Position numbers and translations under genes: made by a program. From the NCBI RefSeq assembly GCF_963921235.1, contig NC_086108.1, positions 84,074,001 through 84,138,000 on the forward strand: a stretch of DNA of 64,000 nt, given 5' to 3'. The notes under the pieces were generated by a model. It ran no database searches. It was not told the DNA's origin and saw only the letters and a program-made list of their open reading frames with translations. The stretch comes from Mobula hypostoma. Its lineage: Eukaryota. Below, in pieces: positions 36,616 to 49,345 of this stretch (position 1 is its first letter; every line of letters starts with the position of its first letter).

Positions 36616-37394
36616 AAGTGGATTCCAGTTAATTAACTCTTAAAGAATAACAAATACTCAAGAAAATAGCTGGAATTCCCTTTGATTATTTGGGAAACTA
36701 TGCCGCTTAATTGGGACAGGAGACTGTTGCCAAACAGTTTCTAACTAGCGTTAGTCACAAGAACTTGTATGGCTATTAGATACCGAACAGCTTTTAAATA
36801 GAATCAGCTGCGCGTGTTTTTGTTCAAAAAAGCAGTGATTTTTGTCACTGATAGTTGGTGAGAAACAAAGCAGCAAGATAATTCAGAACTGTTTTGCTCA
36901 CTGCGGTTTCAAGCATTGAGGCCTGGAGATGCCAGAAATGGCCAGAAGCGGAAATGAAACAATTTCACTACTTTCACAAGTTAGGAACTATAAATAATTT
37001 GAAGATGTTGACACTCATCGTGAATGATCCAATGAAAACTCAGATTTAAAGGATGCAATTGTCAAAGTGATGTATGAAGGCAGTTGATTATCTGCACTAG
37101 GCGTCTGCGCTAATTTTGTTTATTTACAGTCAATCAAAAGAACACAGCAGTGTACACTGGATAAATTCTTGTATTGATAACTATTAGGAACTAATACACA
37201 GTTTTATAGTACTGTAGTATTGGTTGTGTTCCAATTTGTTCAGTATTTAATTTAAATACACAATTTGTTACTCAGTTAAATGGTAATTTGGTTTCTTTTA
37301 CACCTTTTGAACTATTTGCATGAAACTTCGGCAGACACTTCATTTGGCCAAAATGTACTGGTCCTGATGTGTCCCAATTAACTGGAATCCACTA
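36616..37394. mobile_element. Non-autonomous Tc1/mariner-superfamily (Tigger-like) element
   Basis: TIRs agtggattccagttaatt and aattaactggaatccact. Confidence 0.75.
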
Positions 37395-38122
37395 TATTAC
37401 AGATGCAGGGGAAGAATTCTTCTTCATCTCATATATAACAGAATCAGGGGACACATTAATAATAAGGTTTTGCCATGACAATCAGACAAAATTAGCACTG
37501 TATGATTTATAAACTTCCTAGTATACTGTGGTGAATTGAGAGAGACTAACGTTGTTTAAAAGCTACTTGAAATTAAGAATGTGTGTAAGTGCAGAATTTA
37601 GTGGAAGCCAGATTAGCAAAATAACTAGTAAGCTTTTTAGGTAATACATTTATTTGTAAAATCCTTCCTTGTACCTGTAACCATTGCCACCAACATACAG
37701 CAAGAACAACTCAGTGGCAGACAGCATGTTTTTATGCTATTAAACAAAACTTGTAAAATCAGTTTAAAATATTTACGTATTTCAAAGTAAACAACACTTA
37801 ATTCATTGAAAGAATTCCATGAGATGAACCAGCAAGTAAACTTCTACTCAAAATCTCTTCCACAGCTTTCTAAAAGATTCTAGTTTTTTAAAAAAAAATT
37901 GTCATGCCTCCATTATGTAGGCGCAATCCTACATAATGACAGTAAATTCTCAAGGAGGGTTACGAAGCACAGCAAAAAGCGCTACTTTGTTAAATTGTTT
38001 AATATTAGAAAATAGTATAAAGCCCTGTTAATAATCTTTGGTAATGGCCATGACTGCTGCAGGGGTGAGAATCCAGCAAAGGGGAAAATTTCCTGCCTTT
38101 ACATGATTAACAGCAATATATA

Positions 38123-38718
38123 TATTCAGTGACCACTTTACCTGTAACTAATAAAGTGACCTCTAAGTGTACAATTGTGATCTTCTGCTGCTATAGCCCA
38201 TCTACTTCAAGGTTCAACATGTTGTGCATTCAGAAATGCTCTTTTGCACAACACTCTTGTAACATGTGGTTATTTGAGTTACTGTCATCTTCCAACTAGT
38301 CTGGCCACTCTCCTCTGACCTCTCTCATTTGTAAGGCATTTTCCAGAACATCCACTGAACCACCACTCACTGGATGTTTTTTTTGTTTTTTACACCATTC
38401 TCTGTAAACTCTAGAGCATGGGTTAATGGTAGGGGTCCATGGCATAAAAAAGGTTGAGGCTGTTCAGCATGCAGATCCCAAGAGATCCACAGTTTCTGAG
38501 ATACTCAAACCCCTTTGTCTGGCACCAACAATCATTCCACGGTCAAAGTCACTCAGAACACATTTCTTCCTCATTCTGATGCTTAGTCTGAACAACTGAA
38601 CCTCTTTTCTACGTATGCATGCTTTTATGCACTGAGTTGCTGCCATGTGATTGGTTAATTACATTTTTGCATTAAGGTGCAGTTATAAAGATGTACTTAA
38701 TAAAGTTGCCATTGAGTG
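38123..38718 (-). mobile_element. Deleted Tc1 element with N-terminal HTH remnant
   Basis: TIRs tattcagtgaccacttta and taaagttgccattgagtg. LSDFDRGMIVGARQRGLSISETVDLLG. Confidence 0.85.
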
Positions 38719-39735
38719 CACATAAATATATCAATGCCATGTATAGTTGGTGGGGTATTTACAGAACTTAAAGGGCACCTGTCTGCAGGTGATTGCAAGC
38801 TCTGACTTCTAATATCTCTGTCACTGTCAAACCGGTTAAGTCTTGATGAAGTACAGTAGGCAAACATCCCACCCTGCAAAAACCCCAGTACAATTTTCAT
38901 TCACTTTCTTTCATGTGTTACATAGTAGTATCATAAATTTTCCAGTGAGGCAAGTAAGTTTACTCTGAGTGTGAATAACAGGCCTCCAATCAGCCAGATA
39001 GTTACCATAAAATCAGTCACCAAATTATTGGACTTCTACATGGAGACCAAACACAATATAATGAGAATAAAGGAGGAAAACAATAATGAAGCAAATGAGT
39101 TTATGTTACGGAATGCATTCACAGGAAAGGAAGTTTGAGGCAAATGCACAAGTGAATAACTCACTGAAACTAGTAGTAAATTGTGCAACAGCTGCAAGGA
39201 TATCTGGAGTACTGTATAGAATAATGACCCTGTACTGAGGCAGGGCAATCTAATGAAGCCAAAATGATCCCTGGCTTAACAAATATAAATCATGAGGAAC
39301 ACATGCACTTAACATCATTTGACTCCCAATTTATTTTTCAAGTATCCACAATTATTAAAGTTGTAGGTAAATTGAAGTCTCCCAATATAATGAAGTTCGC
39401 CATTTACTGAAAAAACAAAGGCTTATGCTATGAAGAATGCATTCAGCAATTTAGATACTTATTGGTACAGAAGGCAAAGTATTGCTAAGCACCAGAGGCA
39501 GAAATAATTTATAGGAAATTTCAGTAAGTTTGATGGATTGCATAATTTACTGTTATTTGAGGATCAAATAATTTAACTACAAACTACTTGCCAAATCTGT
39601 TTGCTTATACCTAGACTGGAAATCACTTGGAAATAATCAAAGGTTTTATATATTATTGCATTCTTTGCCAAAAATTCGTTGATTACATTGCAAGTACATA
39701 ACAAAGTTAGGAAATTCGGATGCCAACATAAGCCA

Positions 39736-40191
39736 TCAAGGCATGTGCTTTCTAAGCATTAGATTTTGTGGATAGAAAATCACTGCCTCTTGACCTTTTA
39801 AATAGCTATTGTTATTGTAAACAATGAAACATAATAAGTCTAATAATAGGCTGTCCAAGCATTACCATGCTAATGCTCCAACAGATTTTTTTTAAAAAGA
39901 TGTCTCAGCATAATATCTTTTTCAGTGAATTTGTAAGTTTCAAATGAATGTGGGAAACAGAATCAGTTAAATTTTAAGGGAGCGTGGGAACTGAGGCCCC
40001 CATGAGTGGAAACAAGAAAAGCAAACATCATTCAGTGAGCCAGATGCCGAATCTTTGGTATTCCGAATGCTTGGATGGCATATTATTGGACTTCTTATAA
40101 AACTTCATTTTTACAATAGCTTTAGGCATTTGGGTTATGAGGCAGCGATTTTCTATCCATAAAACCTAATGGGTTAGAGATCACATCTTGA
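39736..40191. repeat. Diverged inverted repeat (arms about 39736-39863 and 40066-40191)
   Basis: cattagattttgtggatagaaaatcactgcctc pairs with gaggcagcgattttctatccataaaacctaatg. aagtctaataataggctgtccaagcatt pairs with aatgcttggatggcatattattggactt. Confidence 0.85.
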
Positions 40192-40601
40192 ATTTTTAAT
40201 TCTTGTGAATCCATTCTCTGCTGAAATGTTGGGATTTCACTTAGCACCAGAATACACGGATATCGACAAGATATCATTAATATGAATGCAGTCACTTTCA
40301 GATTTAAACATGTAGTTTTACCCAAGCAAATGAAAACATTTCTTGACAAGGATCATGATAAATTCATTATAAATAATTCTTCAGATAACAAAAATATTTG
40401 TTCACTCTTCCAAATTCACATCCAAAAGACAAATAGATATGAAAACCAGTAGTCTGGGTTTTTGAATGACATGTACTATATGTATATGAAATACTTTTGG
40501 CTTTTGTGGCCTGTGTAATGTTGAGTTCAACATATTGTAACCTAAGCCTATGCTGCTTACTTTCCCACAGCATGCCCTGTGTTAAATGATACTAAGTGAA
40601 T

Positions 40602-40736
40602 TCAGATCCTAGCTGCGTGAATAAGCAGCTCCATGGTGATATTGTTCAGGGTGAAGAAGTAGCAGCAAACCTGGCTCACGTTCAGGATGCTACCCATGAA
40701 TGCTTCTGAAGTTGTATTCATAATTGTGAGCCACAT
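40602..40736 (-). CDS. Candidate 44-aa small ORF or uORF in a putative nested first exon (MWLTIMNTTSEAFMGSILNVSQVCCYFFTLNNITMELLIHAARI*)
   Basis: aaaATG start, in-frame ATGs, TGA stop. 24 of the last 31 sense codons end in G/C despite AT-rich flanks. TATA-like box upstream and gtaagc donor downstream. No homologue recognised. Confidence 0.5.
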   Translation of the reverse strand: MWLTIMNTTSEAFMGSILNVSQVCCYFFTLNNITMELLIHAARI

Positions 40737-40784
40737 TTTTTTTAAATGTTAATTGGCACAAAGCTTGCAATCTGATTTTTAATC

Positions 40785-40815
40785 AGCTGTCGCTCTCTCT
40801 GATTGCTGTTATATA
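40785..40815 (-). promoter_or_regulatory. Candidate TATA-box core promoter
   Basis: Minus-strand ccTATATAAc at 40809-40815, with a CA initiator-like dinucleotide about 27 nt downstream (gaCAgctg, A at 40788) and the small ORF ATG about 50 nt further on. Confidence 0.4.
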
Positions 40816-41039
40816 GGTACTTTGCACTGCCACTTGTTGCTATTGTGATCTAAATGTATAATTTTTGACATTTCTCAGCCTTTTTATTACAATACCAACA
40901 ATTCATCAGAATCACCTGAAATAATTCAAAAACCTTTCACACTCAACACATACACAAAAAATATAGGCACAGTCACAAACAGAGTCGCTGGAGTTTAGTA
41001 GAATGGGGGTTGTGGGGTGGGGGAGAGACCTCATTCAAA

Positions 41040-41397
41040 CCTTCCAAATATTGGGATGTGGAGAGGATGTTTCCTTTGGGGTAGGGGGGGGGGGACCAGG
41101 ACCAGAGGACACTTCCTCAGAATAGGATGCTCAAATTAGAATAGAGATGAGGAGGAATTTCTTTAGCCAGAGTGTGGTGAACCCATGGAATTCATCACCA
41201 CAGACGGCTGTGGAAGCCAAATAATTGGGTATATTTAAAGTGGAGGTTGAAAATCTCTTAATTATTAAAGGTGTCAAAGGTTACAGGAAGAAGAGAGGAG
41301 AATGGGATTGAGAAGGCTAATAAATCAACCATGATGAAATGGCAGAGCAGACTTAATGGGTTGAATGGCCCAATTCTGCTCCTTTATCTAACAGTCT
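41040..41397 (+). mobile_element. CR1 3' end
   Basis: gagatgaggaggaatttctttagccagagtgtggtgaa (EMRRNFFSQ.VV) and the CR1 3' UTR. Confidence 0.85.
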
Positions 41398-42749
41398 AAA
41401 CTTGCGCAAAGGAAATGAGATGTGGAGGGAAAACAAGAGCTAAACTATTGAGATCTTCAAGACCCAAATATCTTAAGCATTGATCTAAAGAGTATTTTTT
41501 CAGTCAGTTATGGGATATTTTAACACCTGAGCAAAGTAGAAGTGTGGTTCTGTATTCATTACTATATTTATGTTATTACAAAAGAATATTTTAACAATCC
41601 GCCTATAAGGAAGAACATCTAAAACCAGGGAATTATTTTGTTTGTTTGATTTTACTCAATTTTGCAGTGCTGGAATGGGTTCTCTTATGTTCCTTTGTTT
41701 TCTGTCTGCCTGTAAGAAGATGAATCTCAACATATTGATACTTGCATAATAAATTTACTTTAAACTTTGCATGGACTTTATGGTAACAAAGTTCAGTTTT
41801 TACATTAGTTATTGAGGCAAGTTTAGAAAGGATCCAGCAAGACAATACTGTGCATCCATGAAACACTTGAGATTCCCCTGAAATCTGAAATCTCCACCTT
41901 TCATCCTCCATTTCTGATTCAATGAATAAGGCAAAACGGAAAGAGATCTATGCAAGTATAACATGACAACCAGAAGCTACAACAGTCCACCTAAGCGATT
42001 CTCATAACAAATCAAGTCAAAACTTTGTTGGTCTGCTATTTCATGCTGTATGTGGTAGGAACAATTATACAATTAACAGGAAAGAATGTAATTTATGAAC
42101 ATTTCCATTTTCAAAAATGGAACGTCTCAATATGAGTGCAATTGAAACGATGAAACATTTGCATTAGATTCAGTCAGTGGTGCTGAGCAGCGGATCTGTT
42201 TCTGTTCTCACTACCATTTCAGAATCTTGTTTTTGACCAATTTGATTCAATCCATTCAGGAAGCAACCAATATAACAATACTGTAACAGCTAGGAGCCTA
42301 GACAAGGTTACACTGGTGAAATCCAAATTAGATAAATCTCCAACCAAGTTCCTGAACTGCCACAGCTTTGGTATCCAACTAAGCATGTGGAAAACAGCAC
42401 AGAGAACAAAAGCATCACATCTTCATCAGCTTGTGCACAATCAGCAAACTGATGGTAGTGTCAAGAGATGCTATAAGATATCTCACTAATATCATTAAAG
42501 CCTCCATTTGCAATCAGCCAGCAATTGAAAATTGTTTGTTATCTATGTTGAAGCCCTACCATCTGAGCTCGAGAGCACAGCTGCAGGTATGCCTCCTTTC
42601 AGTAGTTTACACCTTCAGCTACATTTTACTCACCTTCCTCCCATTACAAGTTCAGAAGTGGGACTAATGGTTTTGTTGTTGTCAGTTTGATTGTAAACTG
42701 CTGGAATAATGAAACAATGGCAATGTGTCAAACACATTTGGTTTGTTTG

Positions 42750-43715
42750 ACTGTCGGGCTAAATACAGCTCCAATGCCATTTTTAAGCTTGCTGATGACA
42801 TCACTGTTGTTGGCTGAATAAAGGTGGTGACATACCAGCAGATAGGAAGGAGACTGAAAATCTGTTTGAGTGGTGCAACAATAACGACCTCTCACTCAAC
42901 ATCAGCAAAACCAGAAAGCTGATTATGGACTACAGGAGAAAGAATCTGTAGGTCCATGAGCCAGTCCTCATTAGGGATTTAGAGGTGGAGAGGGTCAGCA
43001 ACTTTAAATTTCTTTGTGCAAACGTATCAGAGGATCTCTCCTGAGACTAGCATGTAAGTGTCATCACAAAGAAGGCACAACATGCCTCTACTAGAATTTT
43101 GTGTAGATTTGGCAATCCAACAACAAAATCTGACAAACTTCTATAGGTGCACAGTGGAGAGTATCCTAACTGGATGCAACATGGTCTGGTATGTAAGCAC
43201 CAATGCCTGGAATAAAAATGGATACATAAAGTGGTGGATACTGCCCAGTCCATCACAGGTGAAGCTTTCCCTACCAGTGAGTACATTTACATGAAGTACT
43301 GCCACAAGAATGCAGTATCCACTATTAAAGACCCCCACCATCCAGTCCATGCCCTCTTCTCACTACCACCATTGGGTAGGAGGGACAGAAGCCTTGGGTC
43401 CCACACCACCAGGTTGAGGAACAGTTATTACCTTACACACATCAGGATCCTGAACCACGTTAATAACTTTATTCACCACCACTCTGAACTGATTCTACTA
43501 TCTATAGACTCACTTTTAAAGTCTCCTCACATGTTGCTCTCAGTATTATTTTTATCTGTCCACCTTGCCTTTTTTTTTGCATGTTACACACTGGTGTTTG
43601 TCAGTTTATATATAGCTTATGGTTTAATTCTATTGTATTTATTTTAACCCTGTAAATCCCTGAAAGAAAATGAATTTCAAAGTAGTATATCGTAAAATAT
43701 ACATACTTTGATAAC
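42750..43715 (+). mobile_element. Rex1/Babar-type LINE 3' portion
   Basis: [45 protein letters not shown]...TTRLRNSYY. Confidence 0.88.
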
Positions 43716-44524
43716 TTGGAAGTAAAAATTGTGCCAATAAGTGCCAAGTTCCCAGTAACAGCTATTTGCTTCAACCAAGCATCAAATTACAGCCCAATGC
43801 ATCTAATGACATTACAAACACAAAATCCCCTCTCACAACTATATTGGAAGTCCTCATTAAATAAAAAAGTAACCAGAGCAACCACCACAAAATACTAAGC
43901 CTTCTAAGGCAAGTCAGAGATTGGGTGTTTTGCTGCAATTCACCTTCCTACTTTGAATTTACTCTCAGACTCTGAAACCCTGAAGTAGAAAAAATGCATT
44001 ACATTTATATAGCAATTTTCACATCTGAAACAAACAATAAATTACTTTTCGTGGCTACCATTGCTTTACTGGTTAACACAGCAGCTAGATTATGCACAAC
44101 AGTTGCTTAAAAATCAGAAACCTGCAGATGTTGGGAATCTTAAATAAAAACAGAAGGCACTGGAAATGATCATTGGATTAAGCAGCATTAGATTTGAAGA
44201 TGCGTCACTGACCTGAAATGACAATGTTTTCATCTCTCTGCAGGTAAAATTAGTTCAGTTTCATAGTATTGGAAAAATGGAAAACCTGTTTCTTCAAATA
44301 TTGATCTTTTGCCCTTATTGATTAGGCAGAATTGCATTCAGGTATGATGCTTTCAGAAAGGCAACATCATTGATGAGGCAATATTCTTTATTATATCAAA
44401 CTGTCAACCTCTATAACAATTTGATTTTGAGGTTATAATACTAGCACAGAGCAAACTTCACACTTTATTCTGCTGCAGGTTCAGGCGTACAGTTTCCACT
44501 TTCCTTGGAAGAGTGCCCAATGAT

Positions 44525-45110
44525 CCAAAAATCGGAAGCCCTCCCTCTTACACTATCCCCTTAGCCATGTGTTAAATTGTATTATCTTCCTATTTTTGGC
44601 CTCACTAGCATGTGGCATGGGTAGAAATCCTGAAATCACAACGCTGGAAGTCCTGTCCTTTAGCTTAGCACGTAACTCCCTGAACTCACTTTGCGGAACC
44701 TCATCACCCCTCCCATATCAATGATACGGATATCGTCACCCATATATATCATTGGTACTGACGTGGAACACAGCCTCTGGATGCTCACTCTCCTGCTTTA
44801 GAATGCTGTGGACTCGCACTGATGACCCTTGCACCCAGGAGCCAACATACTATCCAGGAATCTCATTCTCATCCACAGAACCTCCTTTCTGTTCCACTAA
44901 CCAATAAATCTCTGATCACTGCACTCCCCTCTTCTCCTCCACCCCGCACTACCGCCCCCCCCCACCTTCTCTTCTGAGTCAGTGCCAAGAACTGACTGCT
45001 GTGGCTATCCTGCTAGGCCACTCCCCATCATAAACAACCAAAAAGATACACCTGTTGTTGATGGGAACGGCTACAGGAATACTCTGCACTGGCTGCCTAT
45101 CTCCTTTCCC
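44525..45110 (-). mobile_element. CR1 ORF1 (esterase) remnant
   Basis: Minus strand AVIRDLLVSGTERRFCG...IVCWLLGARV parallels the ORF1 at 59220-59330. Confidence 0.7.
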
Positions 45111-45163
45111 CCTTTAATCAATAGGAACATGGTACAAACAGGAGGATTAAACAAAAAAAAATA

Positions 45164-46669
45164 CAAGTTTCTTTCCGCCATCTGAAGGTAGAGCGTTCCT
45201 ATGAAACGGTTCGTAAGCCGAAATGTCGTAAAGCAAAGAAGCAATTACCATTTACTTATATGGGAAAATTTTGTGAGCGTTCGCAGACCCAAAAATAACC
45301 TACTAAATCATGCCAAATAACACATAAAACCTAAAATAACAGTAACATATAGTAAAAGCAGGAATGATATGATAAATACACAGCCTATATAAGTAGAAAT
45401 ACTTTTCCACAATCATTACTGCACTGTTCTCTATAGCGAAAATCTCACGCAAGCACCGTCGGCAGAAAATCTCACGCAAGCGCTGTTGGCAAAAACACGG
45501 CGCAAGCGCTCTCCAGTAACCTTTAAGCTATGAAGCTGCCAAATCATACCAAATAACATGTAAAAATTTCACAGCCGATATAAAGTAGAAATAATGTATG
45601 TACAGTGTAGTATCACTTACCAGAATCGGGAAGACAGCGCCAAGCACACTGATGATGGTGTGTTAGACTGAGTCATCGCAGGTTGGGTGATGCAGTGGCC
45701 CCCACCCTCCAGGCCGCCGAGCGATACATTGCCGCAAAGCATGCAGGAACGCAGCGGTAGCTGGGAGGCACACAGCACATCTTTAAGAAAAAAGCCGAAA
45801 TAAACAAGCAAATTAATTAGGTGCCACCCAGCACGTAATTAATTAGCATGTTTATTTCGGCTTTTTTCTTAAAGATGTGCTGTGTGCCTCCCGGCTACCG
45901 CTGTACCCCTGCATTCTCTGCGAATTGGTATCTGTCCGTGGCCTGGGGGTTGGGGTGGTGGGACACTGGGGTGTTGTCTGTTTCCATTAGAGCAGGCAGG
46001 TCATCTTCTTTTATCTCTGCCCGCCTTGATGTCGAAGGTCGAGGTTTGTCGTCTGCTGTGGCTGATGTGGAAGGCTTGCTTGACTGCTGAGCCTCACACA
46101 TTTTTCTATCACACAGTTCTTTGTAAGGACCCAAACCATCCTGCAAATATCTCCTAAACCGACGTACCCTTTCAAAATTAAAGTCGTCCTTTACCATTAC
46201 TCATTCAGTTTCAATTGTTATCTTTTCATCCAATTGCATCAGTTCTTGGTCATGGGATGCCAAAACCTCTTCAATATCATCTTCGTCAGCTTCCACAAGC
46301 CAAACTCACGTTGTCCTTACTTCGTTCACCACGATCAAAATGCTTAATTATGTCTAGTTTTACGCTAAGTGTAACACCCTTACAAGCTCTTTCAGGCTTT
46401 TCCGATACCTTGGAACTCAGCTTGCAAACGGCTGCTCACAGGCTCGTGTTTAAGCAATGCCGGCGAGAATCCGGGGGAGAGCGGCTGCTCAGGGTGCGCG
46501 CTGCCTGTTATCGCGCGCTGATTTTTTTGCGTGCTGATTTTTTAATCGCATGCTGCTTTTTTTCGTAACAGTGAAAACACCTTCTGAAAGCGAAAACAGG
46601 GTACTAATGTAGGTCTTTTGTAACAGTGAGGTTTTGTAAAGCAAATGTTTGAAAAGCGGGGGACACCTG
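45164..46669 (-). mobile_element. Internally deleted Tigger/pogo-like transposon with internal hairpin
   Basis: TA TSDs at 45162-45163 and 46670-46671. Diverged TIRs caagtttctttccgc and gcgggggacacctg. Minus-strand VTLSVKLDIIKHFDRGERSKD (CENP-B-type HTH) and C-terminal LGPYKELCDRK. 27-bp subterminal repeats at 45439-45510. Confidence 0.85.
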
Positions 46670-47404
46670 TAGTTATATTAGGGTAAGCAATGCCACATGA
46701 ACTCTTAAAAAAATAGACAAGACAATGGTGATATTATGAAATGTGAAAAGAAATTGTCAGTCATGTCTGGTGATTAATTTGTGCTCTAGACATTGTGATA
46801 TTGAACCCAGAAAAAAGTATTAATCAAAATTAATGTTAGTAAAATGACAGCAACAAAGAAAATAATATTAAACCCCTAAAATTGAATGGTTTTCATTTAA
46901 GTGTTTTTAAGGAAGTGGGTTAAAATATTACATGTTCTTAAAAGCAATTTTCTGAAGTTTGGGTCACAACTCTTTATATTTTTATAAACAAATTGTATGG
47001 AAAACCACAGCTCTAAGTATGCCATGAATAGTGTTGTTCAAAGCATTAAATTACAGATTATTTTTATGACTAAACAAAACGAGCAAGTTGTATTCATTAC
47101 AGCCGAGGAGAACAGCATTGGAAAAGCTACAAGTAGAAGAAAACAAAACTGTGAGTGGAGTCTGCATACAGATCATTAAAATATCATGGAGAGATTCTGA
47201 AAAGCTCAGCTTAAAGACTTGCTCATCTTTTTATCTAGAATACTGGATTACATTACAACATAGACTTACCACAATGATACTTGGATCAAAGGCTCAAATT
47301 ATAAGGAAAGAAAACATGACAGTTCAGGCTGGGACCCACAGGGGACTATATTGGCTCCCTTCCTGTTTACCCCGCATACTTCTGACTTTAGGTACAACAA
47401 TGAA

Positions 47405-48360
47405 TCGTGTCATTTGCAGAAATTCTCTGCTGTCTCAGCGATAGTTGGGTGCATAAAAGGAGGACAGGAGGATGAATACAGGGCCGAGGTGGAGGACTTG
47501 TCTAATGGCGCAAGCTGAATCATCTGCAGCTCAACATCAGTAAGACAAAGGAGATGGTGATGGACCTTAGTAAGACTAAGCCTGCACTGTTCCCTTCACA
47601 AGCAAAAGAAAATCTGCAGAAGCTGGAAATTCAAGCAACACACACAAAATGCCTGGCCTGCTGAGTTCCTCCTGCATTTTGTGTGTGTTGCCTGTACTCC
47701 TCACTATTGACGGTGAGGACGTGGATGTGGTGAGGACTTATAAATATCTGGAGGTGCACCTGGATGACAGACTTGAGTGGAGCACCAACACAGAGGCTCC
47801 ACAAAAAGGGCCAGAGTTGCCTCTACTTCCTGAGAAGACTGAGTATGCAGGCCTCTCCTTCACATGTTCTATCAGTCCGTTGTTGCCAGTACAATCTTAT
47901 ATGTGGTGGTGTGCTGAGGCGATGACATCAACACAGGTGATGCCGACAGGCTCAATAAACTGATTGGAAAGGCTGGCTCTGTTATAGGAGTCAAACGGGA
48001 CACACTGAAGGTTGTGGTAGAACAAAAAACCCTACAGAAAATCCTGGCATTTCTGAACAATGTTTCTCACCCTCTGCATGCCACCTTGGGCTGAAAAGAG
48101 AACTTTTAGTAACAGACGGGGACAACTGTGCTGCTCCAAAGAGCGCTATTTGAGGTCATTCTTAACCTCGGCCATTAGGCTCTATGATGTCAACCTGTAG
48201 CCAGGAAAGTGATGAACCCTTCTTGTTAAACTGTTTGAGGTAACTTATTTTTTATTCTTTCTTTCTTCTCTTCTAATATTCATATATCTGTGTACTTGTA
48301 ATGCTACTTTGACACTGTAATTTCCTTTGGGATCTTTGGGGTCTATCTAAGTATCTATCT
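47405..48360 (+). mobile_element. Rex1/Babar-type LINE 3' portion interrupted by a short Penelope-derived palindrome (about 47597-47691)
   Basis: LNISKTKEMVMD, VRTYKYLEVHLDDRLEWSTNT. Insert gcaacacacacaaaatgc...gcattttgtgtgtgttgc. Confidence 0.85.
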
Positions 48361-48915
48361 AAATTAGGGCCGTATTTCCTGAAGTAAAGAAGATTAGCAA
48401 GTGACTGATCTAAATTTCAAAATCCTAAGCGGAAATGATAGCAGCAATATTTTCTGAATAGAGTCAAGGCTAAAAGTTAGAGCCAATTTTATCGCCTTTC
48501 AGATGCAAACCGGAAGATGGTCTCTCAATGTTCTATGAAGCTAACTAGAATGTATGAGTAACGAGCATAGAAAGCCAATGACAGAGATACAAGCAAATCA
48601 GTTCTGAAAAGTTAACTGATACAAATATCCCGAAAGTGGTTTTGCATTAAACACTAAATAAATATCCCAAAGGTTGTTTTGCAATATTAGTGATCAGCTC
48701 ATCTGCATAGGTAGTCTCAATTCTAAAAGTAAAAATTTGGAGTGGTACAAATCTCCCTGCATAAACATGCCCAAAAATAACGGCAGAGCAGAAATCCTTT
48801 CAATAAGATAACTCAATGATAGCTTTTTTCAAAAGTAGAAGTAAAAGACCAAAAAGTGGCAGATGAAAATGAAGATAACAGGAAAGCCAATAAGCAACTA
48901 TAAATCTACTGGCAA

Positions 48916-49345
48916 GTTCAAAGTAAATTTGTTATCAAAGTACATATGCATCACCATGTGGAACCCCAAGATTCGTTTTCTTGTGGGCATAGTCAATAAA
49001 TCCAATAACCATAATAGAGTCAATAAAGGACTGCACTCAACAGGGTGGACAAGCAGGCTGCAAAAGGCAACAAAACTGTGCAACCACAAAAGAAAAAAAA
49101 TAAGAAGAAATAAACAAGCGATAAATATCAAGAAATGAGATGAAAGGTCCTTGAAAGTGATCGCGGGAACAGTTCAGTGACAGAGCAGTGAAGTTGAGTG
49201 AAGTTATCTCCTCTCAGAGTCTTATGGTTGAGGGGTAATAACTGTCCCTGAAACTGGTAATATGAGTCGTGAGGCTCCTGTACCATTTTCCTGACGGCAG
49301 CAGTGAGGAGAGAGGCATGACCTGGGTGGTAGGGGTCCTTGAAGA
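48916..49345 (-). mobile_element. Rex1/Babar-type 3' end
   Basis: IFKDPYHPGHAS. Tail gataacaaatttactttgaactt. Confidence 0.75.

Noticed and set aside
48623..48683. Two 24-bp imperfect direct repeats with a short spacer
   Set aside because: Only two degenerate copies in vertebrate intron DNA. An old tandem duplication, not CRISPR-like.
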